Shown here in pieces: positions 18,806 through 29,138 of a stretch of DNA of 38,411 nucleotides. A program made the position numbers and the translations under genes. Source of the DNA: Armatimonadia bacterium (GTDB lineage Bacteria > Armatimonadota > Zipacnadia > Zipacnadales > UBA11051); the NCBI GenBank assembly GCA_039683575.1, contig JBDKRC010000171.1:1-38411 (forward strand). The letters run 5' to 3'. Position 1 is the first letter of the stretch. Each line of letters opens with the position of its first letter. A model generated the notes under the pieces. The model was not told the DNA's origin, searched no databases, and worked only from the letters and a program-made list of their open reading frames with translations.

Positions 18806-19300
18806 CTACTTGGTGCCGAGGAAGCCCTTGCCTGAACCTGCAGCATGCGCTGGTTTCGGTCGGGTCTCAGTGGACCGAACTCTTAGCTGCGTGTCACGCT
18901 CAACTTCCCACGTCCCGTGGTCAACCTCGTCCTCGTAATGGTCCTCCCAGGTTCCGGATATGGTGTCCCCGCCGCTCAACGTGCCCTTGAGGACCGCGTA
19001 GTTGCCCTCGGCATATGGAACATGAAAACTCAGCTTGGTTCCGGAGACGCTTACGTGATCGAGCTCGACCCCATCGTAGACAGTGTTGCTAATAGTGCCA
19101 TGAAGAGCATTGCCTTCCATCCAGAGCGAAAGCGAAAGGGGTAAAGCTTCCGCGGTATCAGTTCCGCTGCTCAATGTGCCTTCCCATTCCCCTTCGAAGT
19201 CGGCAGGATCTGTGGAACCGCCGCCTCCTCCGCCACAGCCCGAAACCAGCAGACCTACCAGCAAGACAACGGCAGCAATCGTCAAAAACCGGTGAAACAT
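18806..19300 (-). CDS. Lipoprotein of unknown function, copy 3, 164 aa
   Basis: Paralogue of copies 1 and 2; start ATG 19300 or 19303. Confidence 0.85.
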   Translation of the reverse strand: MFHRFLTIAAVVLLVGLLVSGCGGGGGGSTDPADFEGEWEGTLSSGTDTAEALPLSLSLWMEGNALHGTISNTVYDGVELDHVSVSGTKLSFHVPYAEGNYAVLKGTLSGGDTISGTWEDHYEDEVDHGTWEVERDTQLRVRSTETRPKPAHAAGSGKGFLGTK

Positions 19301-19530
19301 CATCGTCTTCCCTCTCTTGATGCTTTGTGTAGTTTGGTACAACAAAAGACACCACGAGCCCCCCTCCACCCCTGATACTCAAGCCCTCCTCTTTGCCAGA
19401 GCCATTCTGCACCGCCTGAAGAAGTCCTCCCCATCTGCTCAATTGTCTGGCAGTTTCCTCACAAAGCGTTCCGGAAGCTCCTGTCACGGCCTGCTGAGGC
19501 CCTCGTTGCCCCACAACCGGCAGCATCATC

Positions 19531-19559
19531 TTGCCTTTTCCCCTATATCACAATATAAT
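19531..19559 (+). promoter_or_regulatory. Sigma70-type promoter for glmS
   Basis: TTGCCT-17 nt-TATAAT, ~110 nt upstream of the start codon. Confidence 0.7.
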
Positions 19560-19670
19560 GCCACCAAATCCCCCTTTGGGCGTTTTTCTGTACCGTATGC
19601 CGGCCATATGGCCGGCTTATCTTTGCGTCTGGCCTCTGGACATGGGGCCTGGCTATCGAGGCGATCACAA

Positions 19671-21650
<1,980 letters not shown>

Positions 21651-21665
21651 CCACCCCGGCTGCCT

Positions 21666-21690
21666 GTAGGAGCGCTCACCAGAGCGCGAT
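21666..21690 (+). repeat. GTAG-type REP-like palindrome
   Basis: GTAGGA-GCGCTC-ACCA-GAGCGC-GAT just after the glmS stop. Confidence 0.5.
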
Positions 21691-21703
21691 ATCTACGACC
21701 AAC

Positions 21704-21745
21704 AAAAAGCCCCGCCTCGAACCATTCGAGGCGGGGCTTGTCTTT
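21704..21745. terminator. Probably bidirectional terminator (glmS / prepilin array); GCCCCGCCTC hairpin family
   Basis: Perfect 15-bp IR AAGCCCCGCCTCGAA/TTCGAGGCGGGGCTT, A5 on the left and T-rich on the right. Confidence 0.8.
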
Positions 21746-21770
21746 ACCGTGCCTGCGGCATACTCTCTTT

Positions 21771-21974
21771 CTACTGTCCGTCTCTGCAGCTTAGCTGGCA
21801 GTAGGGAGGGGGAGACCCGGCGGGGCACCATACAGCCGGTTTCTCCCACTTCACATGTCCGTCACAGAACGCAGCGTTCGACCCGTCGTTGTGGCAGTAC
21901 TGCGCCGCGTTCGTCTCCCTGAGCGCGTCGCCGTGGACAGTGGGCGCGATCAGTGAAGAACCAAGCAGCCCCGC
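21771..21974 (-). pseudogene. Start-less orphan C-terminal fragment of an H-X9-DG prepilin-like gene
   Basis: Hand translation of the minus strand: ..AAQYCHNDGSNAAFCDGHVKWEKPAVWCPAGSPPPYCQLSCRDGQ* (stop 21771-73); frame is closed upstream by TAG at 21975-77 within a hairpin; no ATG or SD. Confidence 0.85.
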
Positions 21975-21996
21975 CTAAGGATTGAGGCGGGGCTTT
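21967..21996. repeat. GCCCCGCCTC-family hairpin
   Basis: AGCCCCGCCT-AAGGATTG-AGGCGGGGCT-TT. Confidence 0.75.
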
Positions 21997-22115
21997 CGTC
22001 GTTTGTAGGAAATGCCCAACCGGGCGGCGAGGCGGAGCCTAACAAGGAAGTGGCGCCTCGTTGCTGCAGAGACTCCTCTGGCGCGGTCTAGATGGTAACG
22101 TTGGGCTGCAGCATC

Positions 22116-22760
22116 CTACAGGCCATTCACTGAGAAGTAACTCCCGTCCTTCAGTACTTGCCAAGTCATCCACTTAGCATGGCCATCCACGAAGCCGTAG
22201 TTGCCGCCGCCATTGTGTCTCTGGGAGAGGGTGAAACTGTCTCTGCGAGGATCGGGCATGTCGCATCCCATGCCGACCTGTTGATAGGGTGGCGTGTTCG
22301 CGTAGGCGTCGGCGTCGCCTATCAGAATGCATCGAGATGGATTGGCTACCAGCCCCAAGGGTACGGCGTAGTTGGCTTGTTGCCCGCCGTACTCCGGGCC
22401 ACCATAGCCGAAGTTGCGGCCGTTGAATGAGTAATTTGTCCCGCCCATGAAGTTCCCACTGACCCACGTCGATATGTCCCAATTGGGGGCGTCGGGACAC
22501 CTGAAGACTTGTGTGTTCTTGACGTAGGGACTGATGAAGGAGAACCAGTAGTACACCCCGTAACGTTGCGACGGAAGCGTTTCGTCGTAGTCCTGAGCAT
22601 AGCTTAGCGTGGCCACCATTAACTGCTTCACATTGCTCAGACATGACGCCTGCCTGGCCTTCTCCCGCGCCTTGGCAAACACCGGAAACAGTATCGCCGC
22701 CAGGATCGCGATGATCGCGATCACCACCAACAACTCGATCAGCGTGAAGCCGCGTCGCAT
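22116..22760 (-). CDS. Prepilin-type / DUF1559 / H-X9-DG protein, 214 aa
   Basis: [32 protein letters not shown]. Confidence 0.92.
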   Translation of the reverse strand: MRRGFTLIELLVVIAIIAILAAILFPVFAKAREKARQASCLSNVKQLMVATLSYAQDYDETLPSQRYGVYYWFSFISPYVKNTQVFRCPDAPNWDISTWVSGNFMGGTNYSFNGRNFGYGGPEYGGQQANYAVPLGLVANPSRCILIGDADAYANTPPYQQVGMGCDMPDPRRDSFTLSQRHNGGGNYGFVDGHAKWMTWQVLKDGSYFSVNGL

Positions 22761-22807
22761 GTGCGTTCATCCTCTCCTGATGGTGTTCTGCGGCATCCCT
22801 ACCCAAC

Positions 22808-23476
22808 TCAGTCCCCGGCGGCAATGGTGAAGAGCCCCGGCTTCCCTGCGAGAGTAGACGCGGATAGCCATTTCGCGTGGCCGTCGACGAAGGCATAACT
22901 GCCGCCGCCGTTGTGGACTGACGCGTACCAAGAAGGTTCATTAACGAACCACACTATGACCCCGGTCTGGCCGGGCATAAGGTCGCCCAGGAGCAGGGTC
23001 TCGGCCGGGGCGGGAATGGCCCCGAGGCCAACCCAAGGAGGAGTACCGATGAACATACCATTCCCGATGCCGTCACTGTAAAACGGGCTCGCATTGAAGG
23101 TTCCCCCGTTCCAGCCGTACCCCAAGGATCCCCAAAGTACTCCAAAAGTCGTAGGCTGGTTTGATCCAAGAACCACGTCGACATGGGACGGACACTTGAA
23201 GATCTGGCTGTTCTTCACATAGGGCAGGATGCAGTCTTCCCACATCAAATATGACGGGTTGCCAGACCAAGCCTGCTGGAAGATCCCTGGGAACATCTCA
23301 TCGTAGTCCTGGGCGTAGGACAATGCGGCCAGAGCCAACTGCTTCACATTACTGAGGCAACTCGACTGCCGCGCCTTCTCCCGCGCCTTGGCGAAGACCG
23401 GAAACAGGATCGCCGCCAGGATCGCTATGATCGCGATCACCACCAACAACTCGATCAGCGTGAAGCCGCGTCGCAT
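22808..23476 (-). CDS. Prepilin-type / DUF1559 / H-X9-DG protein, 222 aa
   Basis: [32 protein letters not shown]. Confidence 0.92.
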   Translation of the reverse strand: MRRGFTLIELLVVIAIIAILAAILFPVFAKAREKARQSSCLSNVKQLALAALSYAQDYDEMFPGIFQQAWSGNPSYLMWEDCILPYVKNSQIFKCPSHVDVVLGSNQPTTFGVLWGSLGYGWNGGTFNASPFYSDGIGNGMFIGTPPWVGLGAIPAPAETLLLGDLMPGQTGVIVWFVNEPSWYASVHNGGGSYAFVDGHAKWLSASTLAGKPGLFTIAAGD

Positions 23477-23510
23477 GTGCGTTCATCCTCTCCTGATTGT
23501 GACTTCGCAG

Positions 23511-23539
23511 GCCCCGCCTCAGGAATGAGGCGGGGCTTT
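23511..23539. repeat. GCCCCGCCTC-family hairpin
   Basis: GCCCCGCCTCA-GGAA-TGAGGCGGGGC-TTT between two prepilin-like genes. Confidence 0.75.
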
Positions 23540-23578
23540 GTCGCTTCACAGGGGCGCGTCACCCGCGTCCTCCTATCA

Positions 23579-24253
23579 TCATGGACGCCACAGGGTGTCC
23601 GGACGGTACAGGCCTGACGCCCTTCGGCCTAACCATTTGGCATGTCCGTCAACAAAGGCGCAGTTCACACCATCGTTGTGTGGCGCGGACCATGGCCACG
23701 ATTCCGCCCAGACCCAATCATTTCCACCGGAGGCCCCGAGGGCGTAGACACCCTGAGCACAAGCGTAATCCAATAGCAATATACACTGTGAGGGATTGTT
23801 GACAGCTCCCAGGGACAGGGGGATGGCGGGATACGAGATCGAAAATCTGCTAAGGTTAGCGTTGTAGCCATAGTACGGTTCGTCAGGCTGACTTCTCTTG
23901 CCTGACGGGCAGGCGAACACCTGGGTATTCTTGACATAGGGACTAATCAGGTCCATCCAGCAGATTAGGTAGTCGATGATCCCACCGGCATCGCTCTTGT
24001 AGAGACTGCCAGGTAGTGATGGGTTTGTCTGTAATCTAGGGGGGCTGCCGGGGTAGACAGCCAGCGGAAAGCATTCGTCATAGTCCTGCGCGTACGACAG
24101 CGTCGCCAGAGCCAGCTGCTTCACATTACTCAGGCAACTGCTCTGCCGCGCCTTCTCCCGCGCCTTGGCAAACACCGGAAACAGTATCGCCGCCAGGATC
24201 GCTATGATCGCGATCACCACCAACAACTCGATAAGCGTGAAGCCGCGTCGCAT
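23579..24253 (-). CDS. Prepilin-type / DUF1559 / H-X9-DG protein, 224 aa
   Basis: [32 protein letters not shown]. Confidence 0.92.
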   Translation of the reverse strand: MRRGFTLIELLVVIAIIAILAAILFPVFAKAREKARQSSCLSNVKQLALATLSYAQDYDECFPLAVYPGSPPRLQTNPSLPGSLYKSDAGGIIDYLICWMDLISPYVKNTQVFACPSGKRSQPDEPYYGYNANLSRFSISYPAIPLSLGAVNNPSQCILLLDYACAQGVYALGASGGNDWVWAESWPWSAPHNDGVNCAFVDGHAKWLGRRASGLYRPDTLWRP

Positions 24254-24533
24254 GTGCGTTCATCCTCTCCTGATTGTGATTCTGTAGGCGCTCGTGAGTT
24301 GACTCTCGGCACGTGGATGTGTGCCTGACTGTCGAGAGCCCGGCGCAGAGACTTGCAGAAAAATCATATGCCAGTCAGGAGAGCATTGTCGAGGTATTCT
24401 TCTGTGTTCTTTGTGGTCAGAATGTGTGGAGATGAGACGGTACAAAATCGCACTGGATGAGCTGAAAGCCGGGGCCGGGCACGCGCCCCCAAGATGATGG
24501 GTAACCAGTGCCGGCCTCCTGGTCGCAACAACC

Positions 24534-24569
24534 AAAAAGCCCCGCCTCGAACCATCGAGGCGGGGCTTT
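24534..24569 (-). terminator. Terminator, GCCCCGCCTC family
   Basis: AAAGCCCCGCCTCGA-ACCA-TCGAGGCGGGGCTTT; differs from 21704-21739 by a single-base indel. Confidence 0.8.
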
Positions 24570-24588
24570 CTCACGCCGTGGCTCACCG

Positions 24589-25212
24589 CTAACTGGCGGT
24601 GATGTCAAACCCCGGCGCCCACGGCTGCATGTAGCCCTGGCCGACGCTGTCAATCTTGATCGGCCCCCACCACTTGGCGTGCCCGTCGATGTAGCCAATG
24701 TTCGTCCCACCATTGTGCACGACCGTCCCCGGCTGGCCGTACCAGTCGAACCAGGTGTAGTGGTAGTTGGAGTTCGGGCCACCATCATGGCAGACCAGGA
24801 ACTGCTCCGCGGGACGCTGGAAGCTGCCCAGCGACCGTATGGTCACCCCGCCGTCGCGGTAGAAGAAGCGGTAGTTGAGGCCGTACGTATACGGCTTGCC
24901 CGCCCAGGCGTAGTACCGGGTTACGCCCGTCTCGCTGGGGCAGACCAGGATCTGCCTGTTCTTGATGTACGCCCCGCACAAGTCGAACCAGGCGATGGTA
25001 TCATCGGGCATGCTGCTTTGCATGAAGCGCTCGTCATAGTCCTGAACGTACGACAGGATCGCAGTGGTGAGCTGCCGCACATTGTTCAGACAACTCGTCT
25101 GCCGTGCCTTCTCCCGTGCCTTGGCGAACACCGGGAAGAGTATCGCCGCCAGGATCGCGATGATCGCGATCACTACCAACAACTCGATGAGCGTAAAGCC
25201 ACCACGACGCAT
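24589..25212 (-). CDS. Prepilin-type / DUF1559 / H-X9-DG protein, 207 aa
   Basis: [30 protein letters not shown]. Confidence 0.92.
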   Translation of the reverse strand: MRRGGFTLIELLVVIAIIAILAAILFPVFAKAREKARQTSCLNNVRQLTTAILSYVQDYDERFMQSSMPDDTIAWFDLCGAYIKNRQILVCPSETGVTRYYAWAGKPYTYGLNYRFFYRDGGVTIRSLGSFQRPAEQFLVCHDGGPNSNYHYTWFDWYGQPGTVVHNGGTNIGYIDGHAKWWGPIKIDSVGQGYMQPWAPGFDITAS

Positions 25213-25346
25213 CTCACATTCCTCCAGTTATACGTCAGGTTCGTTACAGATAGTGCATCTATACCAAACGGAGGTAGCGATAGTCAATGCGTAATGGTAC
25301 GTATGCCTTCCACTAAGGCTGACCGATGGGGAGATCCTCGCCGACC

Positions 25347-25384
25347 AAAAAACAAAAAAACCCCGCCTCAAAGAGGCGGGGTTT
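25347..25384 (-). terminator. Terminator of rpsE, related to the GCCCCGCCTC family
   Basis: AAACCCCGCCTC-AAA-GAGGCGGGGTTT with a long A tract (U-tail on minus strand). Confidence 0.85.
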
Positions 25385-25415
25385 CCTGTTTGTTACTTAC
25401 TGACGGGCGGGACGA

Positions 25416-26036
25416 CTACTCTTTGTCTTCTTCTTCGTCGTCGTCCTCAACCGCTACCGGCGGCCGGACCGCAGCGACAGCCACTTCTACCGGCTTCTCG
25501 AACTCGGCGTACGGGTCCTCGATCTCGCGGCCGAGCATGTCCTTGACGGACACGCCACGAGCCTCAGCCACTTCACGCGGGTCGCGCAGCAGCGTGAGAG
25601 CCTTGAAGCAAGCCTTGGCGCGGTTGAACACGTTGCCGCTACCCAGGGACTTGGTCAGGATGTCGCGGATGCCCGTGACTTCGATGATCTGACGGGTCGC
25701 GCCACCGGCGATGATCCCCGTGCCACGCGATGCCGGCTTGAGCAGGATTACTGCGCCGCCGACCTTCGCCTGTACCTCATGGGTGACCGTGTAGCCATCC
25801 ATCGGAACGCGGATCATGGTCTTCTTGGCCCGGTTCACGGCCTTCGCGATCGCCTCAGGAGCGTTGCGCGCCTTGCCCACACCGAGACCCACGTGACCAC
25901 GGCCGTCTCCCACGACAGCGATGACACGCGAGGACGAGATGCGTCCGCCCTTAACGGTCTTGCGGGTGCGGTCAATACGCACTACTCGCTCTTGGAATTC
26001 GTCGTCTTCCTTCTTGACTGGTCGTCTGAAGCCCAT
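25416..26036 (-). CDS. rpsE: 30S ribosomal protein S5 (uS5), stand-alone, with acidic C-terminal tail, 206 aa
   Basis: ERVV.I.R..KTVKGGR, VVGDG.G.VG.G.GKA, LKPAS.GTGIIAGG and DILTKSLGS.N motifs; SD TAGGAG; start 26036. Confidence 0.93.
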   Translation of the reverse strand: MGFRRPVKKEDDEFQERVVRIDRTRKTVKGGRISSSRVIAVVGDGRGHVGLGVGKARNAPEAIAKAVNRAKKTMIRVPMDGYTVTHEVQAKVGGAVILLKPASRGTGIIAGGATRQIIEVTGIRDILTKSLGSGNVFNRAKACFKALTLLRDPREVAEARGVSVKDMLGREIEDPYAEFEKPVEVAVAAVRPPVAVEDDDEEEDKE

Positions 26037-26092
26037 ACCAGCTAGTCTCCTAAACGTTACTGGCCTCCACCAGAGGGGAGGCACGGACGAAT

Positions 26093-26121
26093 AAGATAAC
26101 ATATCGGAAGGCTCCTGTCAA
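26093..26121 (-). promoter_or_regulatory. Sigma70-type promoter for rpsE
   Basis: TTGACA-17 nt-TATCTT with extended -10 TG. Confidence 0.7.
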
Positions 26122-26177
26122 CGCCCGAAGGCCCTTTCCTGCCCATTCTCTGCCCTCTGCGTCGGCCCTGCCCCCCT

Positions 26178-26570
26178 CTTGTCATGCTGAGGAGCGCCGT
26201 TTGCGACGAAGCATCGCCGTCCCTCCCCACGATCCTTCACTTCGTTCAGGATGACAAGCTATACTCTTGTCATGCTGAAGAGCGCCGTCTGCGACGAAGC
26301 ATCGCCGTCCCTCCCCACGATCCTTCACTTCGTTCAGGATGACAAGCTATACTGTTGTCATGCTGAGAGCGCCGTCTGCGACGAAGCATCTCCGTCCCTC
26401 CCCACGATCCTTCACTTCGTTCAGGATGACAAGCTATACTCTTGTCATGCTGAGGAGCGCCGTCTGCGACGAAGCATCGCCGTCCCTCCCCACGATCCTT
26501 CACTTCGTTCAGGATGACAAGCTATACTCTTGTCATGCCGAGGAGCGCCGTTTGCGACGAAGCATCGCCG
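26178..26570. repeat. Tandem array of ~4.4 copies of an 87-88-bp palindromic unit
   Basis: GTCATGC starts at 26181, 26269, 26357, 26444 and 26532; each full unit is closed by TTGTCATGCTGA/TCAGGATGACAA; same family as 8676-8950. Confidence 0.92.
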
Positions 26571-26652
26571 CCGCTCACATCGCTTCCCCGGCAGGTCCCA
26601 CCCGGTCCGCCGCCGAACCTCCTCTTCACTTCGACTCCCAAGGTGGTGCCCA

Positions 26653-28971
26653 ATGCTTCGCATTCTCTGCCTTCTGGCCCTCTCGGCCCTCCTCGTCTCC
26701 AGCATACACGCCGCCCCGCTTAGCCTCGCCGCCGGCGGCAAGACCGCCTATGTCATCGTCCTCGACCCCTCCCTCACCGCCCCGCCCGACGCGGACGGCA
26801 AGCCGGTCGTCACCCCCGAGCAGCACGCCGCCAACGAGCTCGCGTCCTTCCTCAAGCAAGTAACCGGCGCCGAGTTCCCGGTCATCATCACCGCGGACAA
26901 GCAGCCCGGCCCGATGCTGGTGGTCGGCCCCGGCGCCGTGCAGAAGGCTCTCGCGCCGAATCTCAAGCTCGATAACCTCAAAGCCGATGGCATCGTCATC
27001 GAGAGCGTCGGCCCCAACCTCATCTTCGCCGGCGACAAGCCCCGCGGCACCCTCTACGCCGTCTACACCTTCCTGGAGGACACCGTCGGCTGCCGCTGGT
27101 GGTCCTCGAAGGCCAGCACCATCCCCAGCAAGCCCGCCCTGACCGTCCCCGAGCAGCACGTGCGCTACATCCCGCCGCTGGAGTACCGCGAGCCGTTCTG
27201 GTTTGACGGCTTCGATCCCGACTGGGCCGTGCGCAACAAGTCCAACGGCCACGCCACCCGGCTCGACGCCCAACGCGGCGGCAAGACCGTCTACGCCGGC
27301 AGCTTCGTGCACACCTTCAATAGCCTCGTCCCGCCCGCCACCTATGGCAAAGAGCACCCTGAGTGGTTCAGCGAGCGCGATGGCAAGCGCATCGTCGCCG
27401 ACCGCCCGGACCAAGTCCAGCTCTGCGTCACCAACCCCGAGCTCAAAGACTTCGTAGTCCAGCAGGTATTCAAGCGCATCGAGGCTTACCCCACCTGCAC
27501 CATCATCTCGGTCTCGCAAAATGACTTCGACGCCCACTGCCTCTGCGCCGAATGCAAGAAGCTCGAAGAATACGAGGGCTCGCCCTCCGGTCCGCTGCTG
27601 CACCTCGTCAACTACGTCGCCGAGCGCGTCGCGCAAAAGTACCCCAACGTGGCCGTAGACACTCTGGCCTACCAGTACACCCGCAAGCCCCCGCTGCACG
27701 TCAAGCCGCTGCCCAACGTCATCGTCCGGCTCTGCAGCATCGAGTGCGACTTCCTCAACCCGCTGACCGCGCCCAGCAACCAGACCTTCGCCGACGACAT
27801 CCGCGGCTGGTCGAAGATCTGCCAGCGCCTTTACATCTGGGACTATACGACCAACTTCGCGCACTATATCCAGCCGCATCCGAACCTGCGGGTGCTTGGC
27901 CCCAACATCCGCTTCTTCGTCGAGAACGGCGTGAAGGGCATCTTCGAGCAGGGCGGTTACCAGTCCCCTGGCGGTGAAATGGGCGAACTGCGAGAATGGG
28001 TCATGGCCAAGCTGCTGTGGAACCCCAACCAGGATGACCAGAAGCTCGTCCAGGAATTCATCGCCGGTTACTTCGGCCCCGCCGCGCCGTACCTCAGCCA
28101 GTATGTAGAGGCCGTGTACGAGAGCGCTCAGAAGACCAACACCAACCTCACAATCTGGGTACCGCCGACCTCCGCCTATCTTAGCTTCGACCTCATGGGC
28201 AAGTCCGAGGCGCTCTTCAATCAGGCCGAGGCCGCCGTCAAGAACGACCCCGACCTGCTCAACCGCGTGCAAGTCGCCCGCCTGCCCATTCGCTACGTCT
28301 GGTCGGTCCGCTGGCATGAGTTCCAGGCCTATGCGCGCAAGCACAAGGTCGCGTGGCCGGGCCCTGCGGACTACCTCGAAAACGCGAAGACCTTCATGGC
28401 GACCGCCACAGCGAACAAGGTCACCAAGCTGTCCGAGGGCCGTGGGATCGAGTCCTTCTCCGCGCGCATCATCGACCTCGGCCGCATCGACTCGCCGCCA
28501 CCGCCGGGCTGCGAAAAGCTCACTGAAGACGATTACAGCGACATGCAGGACACCGGCTTCAATCTGGCACGCGAGGGCACCTGGGCCATGCTCAAGCACG
28601 ATGACCTGGCCAGTGACAAGGTCGCGGCAATGATGCCGGGAGACTACCACGAGTGGGCCACCCAGCAGTCTGTAGGCGTCACCGCCCTCGACCCGGAAGC
28701 CACCTACGGCGTCTACGTCTCGATCCGCTGCGAAAAGCTGGGCGACGAAGGCCTCGGCTTCACCTCCGGCATCTACGACATAAAGAACAAAACGAGTCTC
28801 GGAATGGTCAGCGTGGACTGCAAGGACATCAAGAGCGACAAGTACGAGACCTACAAGCTAGGCAGCACCAAGCTCCACGACCAGATCTACCTGTGGGCCG
28901 CGCCGCCCAAGAACCCGGCCAACATGAAAGCCGTCTGGGTAGACCGCTTCTGGCTCGTGAAGGAGAAGTAG
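26653..28971 (+). CDS. Secreted DUF4838-family protein (putative glycoside hydrolase-like), 772 aa
   Basis: Signal peptide; AANELA..L..VTGA, RGTLYAVY.FLE...GCRW, HTF..LVPP..Y...HPEWF, QLC.TNP, SVSQND...C.C..C and TLAYQYT motifs. Confidence 0.82.
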   Translation: MLRILCLLALSALLVSSIHAAPLSLAAGGKTAYVIVLDPSLTAPPDADGKPVVTPEQHAANELASFLKQVTGAEFPVIITADKQPGPMLVVGPGAVQKALAPNLKLDNLKADGIVIESVGPNLIFAGDKPRGTLYAVYTFLEDTVGCRWWSSKASTIPSKPALTVPEQHVRYIPPLEYREPFWFDGFDPDWAVRNKSNGHATRLDAQRGGKTVYAGSFVHTFNSLVPPATYGKEHPEWFSERDGKRIVADRPDQVQLCVTNPELKDFVVQQVFKRIEAYPTCTIISVSQNDFDAHCLCAECKKLEEYEGSPSGPLLHLVNYVAERVAQKYPNVAVDTLAYQYTRKPPLHVKPLPNVIVRLCSIECDFLNPLTAPSNQTFADDIRGWSKICQRLYIWDYTTNFAHYIQPHPNLRVLGPNIRFFVENGVKGIFEQGGYQSPGGEMGELREWVMAKLLWNPNQDDQKLVQEFIAGYFGPAAPYLSQYVEAVYESAQKTNTNLTIWVPPTSAYLSFDLMGKSEALFNQAEAAVKNDPDLLNRVQVARLPIRYVWSVRWHEFQAYARKHKVAWPGPADYLENAKTFMATATANKVTKLSEGRGIESFSARIIDLGRIDSPPPPGCEKLTEDDYSDMQDTGFNLAREGTWAMLKHDDLASDKVAAMMPGDYHEWATQQSVGVTALDPEATYGVYVSIRCEKLGDEGLGFTSGIYDIKNKTSLGMVSVDCKDIKSDKYETYKLGSTKLHDQIYLWAAPPKNPANMKAVWVDRFWLVKEK

Positions 28972-28976
28972 TAGAT

Positions 28977-29102
28977 GTAGGGGGCGCACCGCGGTGCGCC
29001 AGCCGTTATCCACGAAGAAAATGGGGACTGACACCACTTTCGCAACCTGAGCCTCGTCGCCCAGTAAGCTCCAATGCGAAAATGGTGTCTGTCCCCGTTT
29101 TC
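28977..29102. repeat. GTAG-type REP followed by a long GGGGAC/GTCCCC-type hairpin
   Basis: GTAGGGGGCGCACCGCGGTGCGCC (28977-29000); GAAAATGGGGACTGACACCA...TGGTGTCTGTCCCCGTTTTC (29017-29102). Confidence 0.65.
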
Positions 29103-29138
29103 CCACGGGGGAACATCCTTGCGTCACGGAGGACCCTG

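Larger units (their letters stand above)
16841..19521. repeat. Tandem triplication of a ~906-bp unit (two hairpins + lipoprotein gene + ~220-bp upstream region)
   Basis: Stop codons at 16995, 17901 and 18806; homologous non-coding blocks repeat with the same period. Confidence 0.95.

Noticed and set aside
19560-19670. glmS ribozyme in the glmS leader
   Set aside because: Core motifs (AGCGCC, GACGAGG) are absent and the leader is only ~105 nt
19317-19670. N-terminal extensions in the ORF track (glmS; likewise 28653-29138, 26530-26652, 33808-33990, 10433-10606)
   Set aside because: Better starts with SD sequences, signal peptides or a catalytic N-terminus lie downstream
21738-21996. Plus-strand ncRNA (TTGTCT-17-TACTCT promoter-like sequence, several helices, hairpin end; 6S- or SRP-like size)
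   Set aside because: The minus strand clearly encodes an H-X9-DG fragment, which explains the sequence; no SRP or 6S signature recognised. An antisense transcript is not excluded
22116-25212. Diversity-generating retroelement
   Set aside because: No reverse transcriptase and no TR/VR pair differing only at adenines
26178-26570. CRISPR array
   Set aside because: Units repeat in full with no unique spacers, and there are no cas genes
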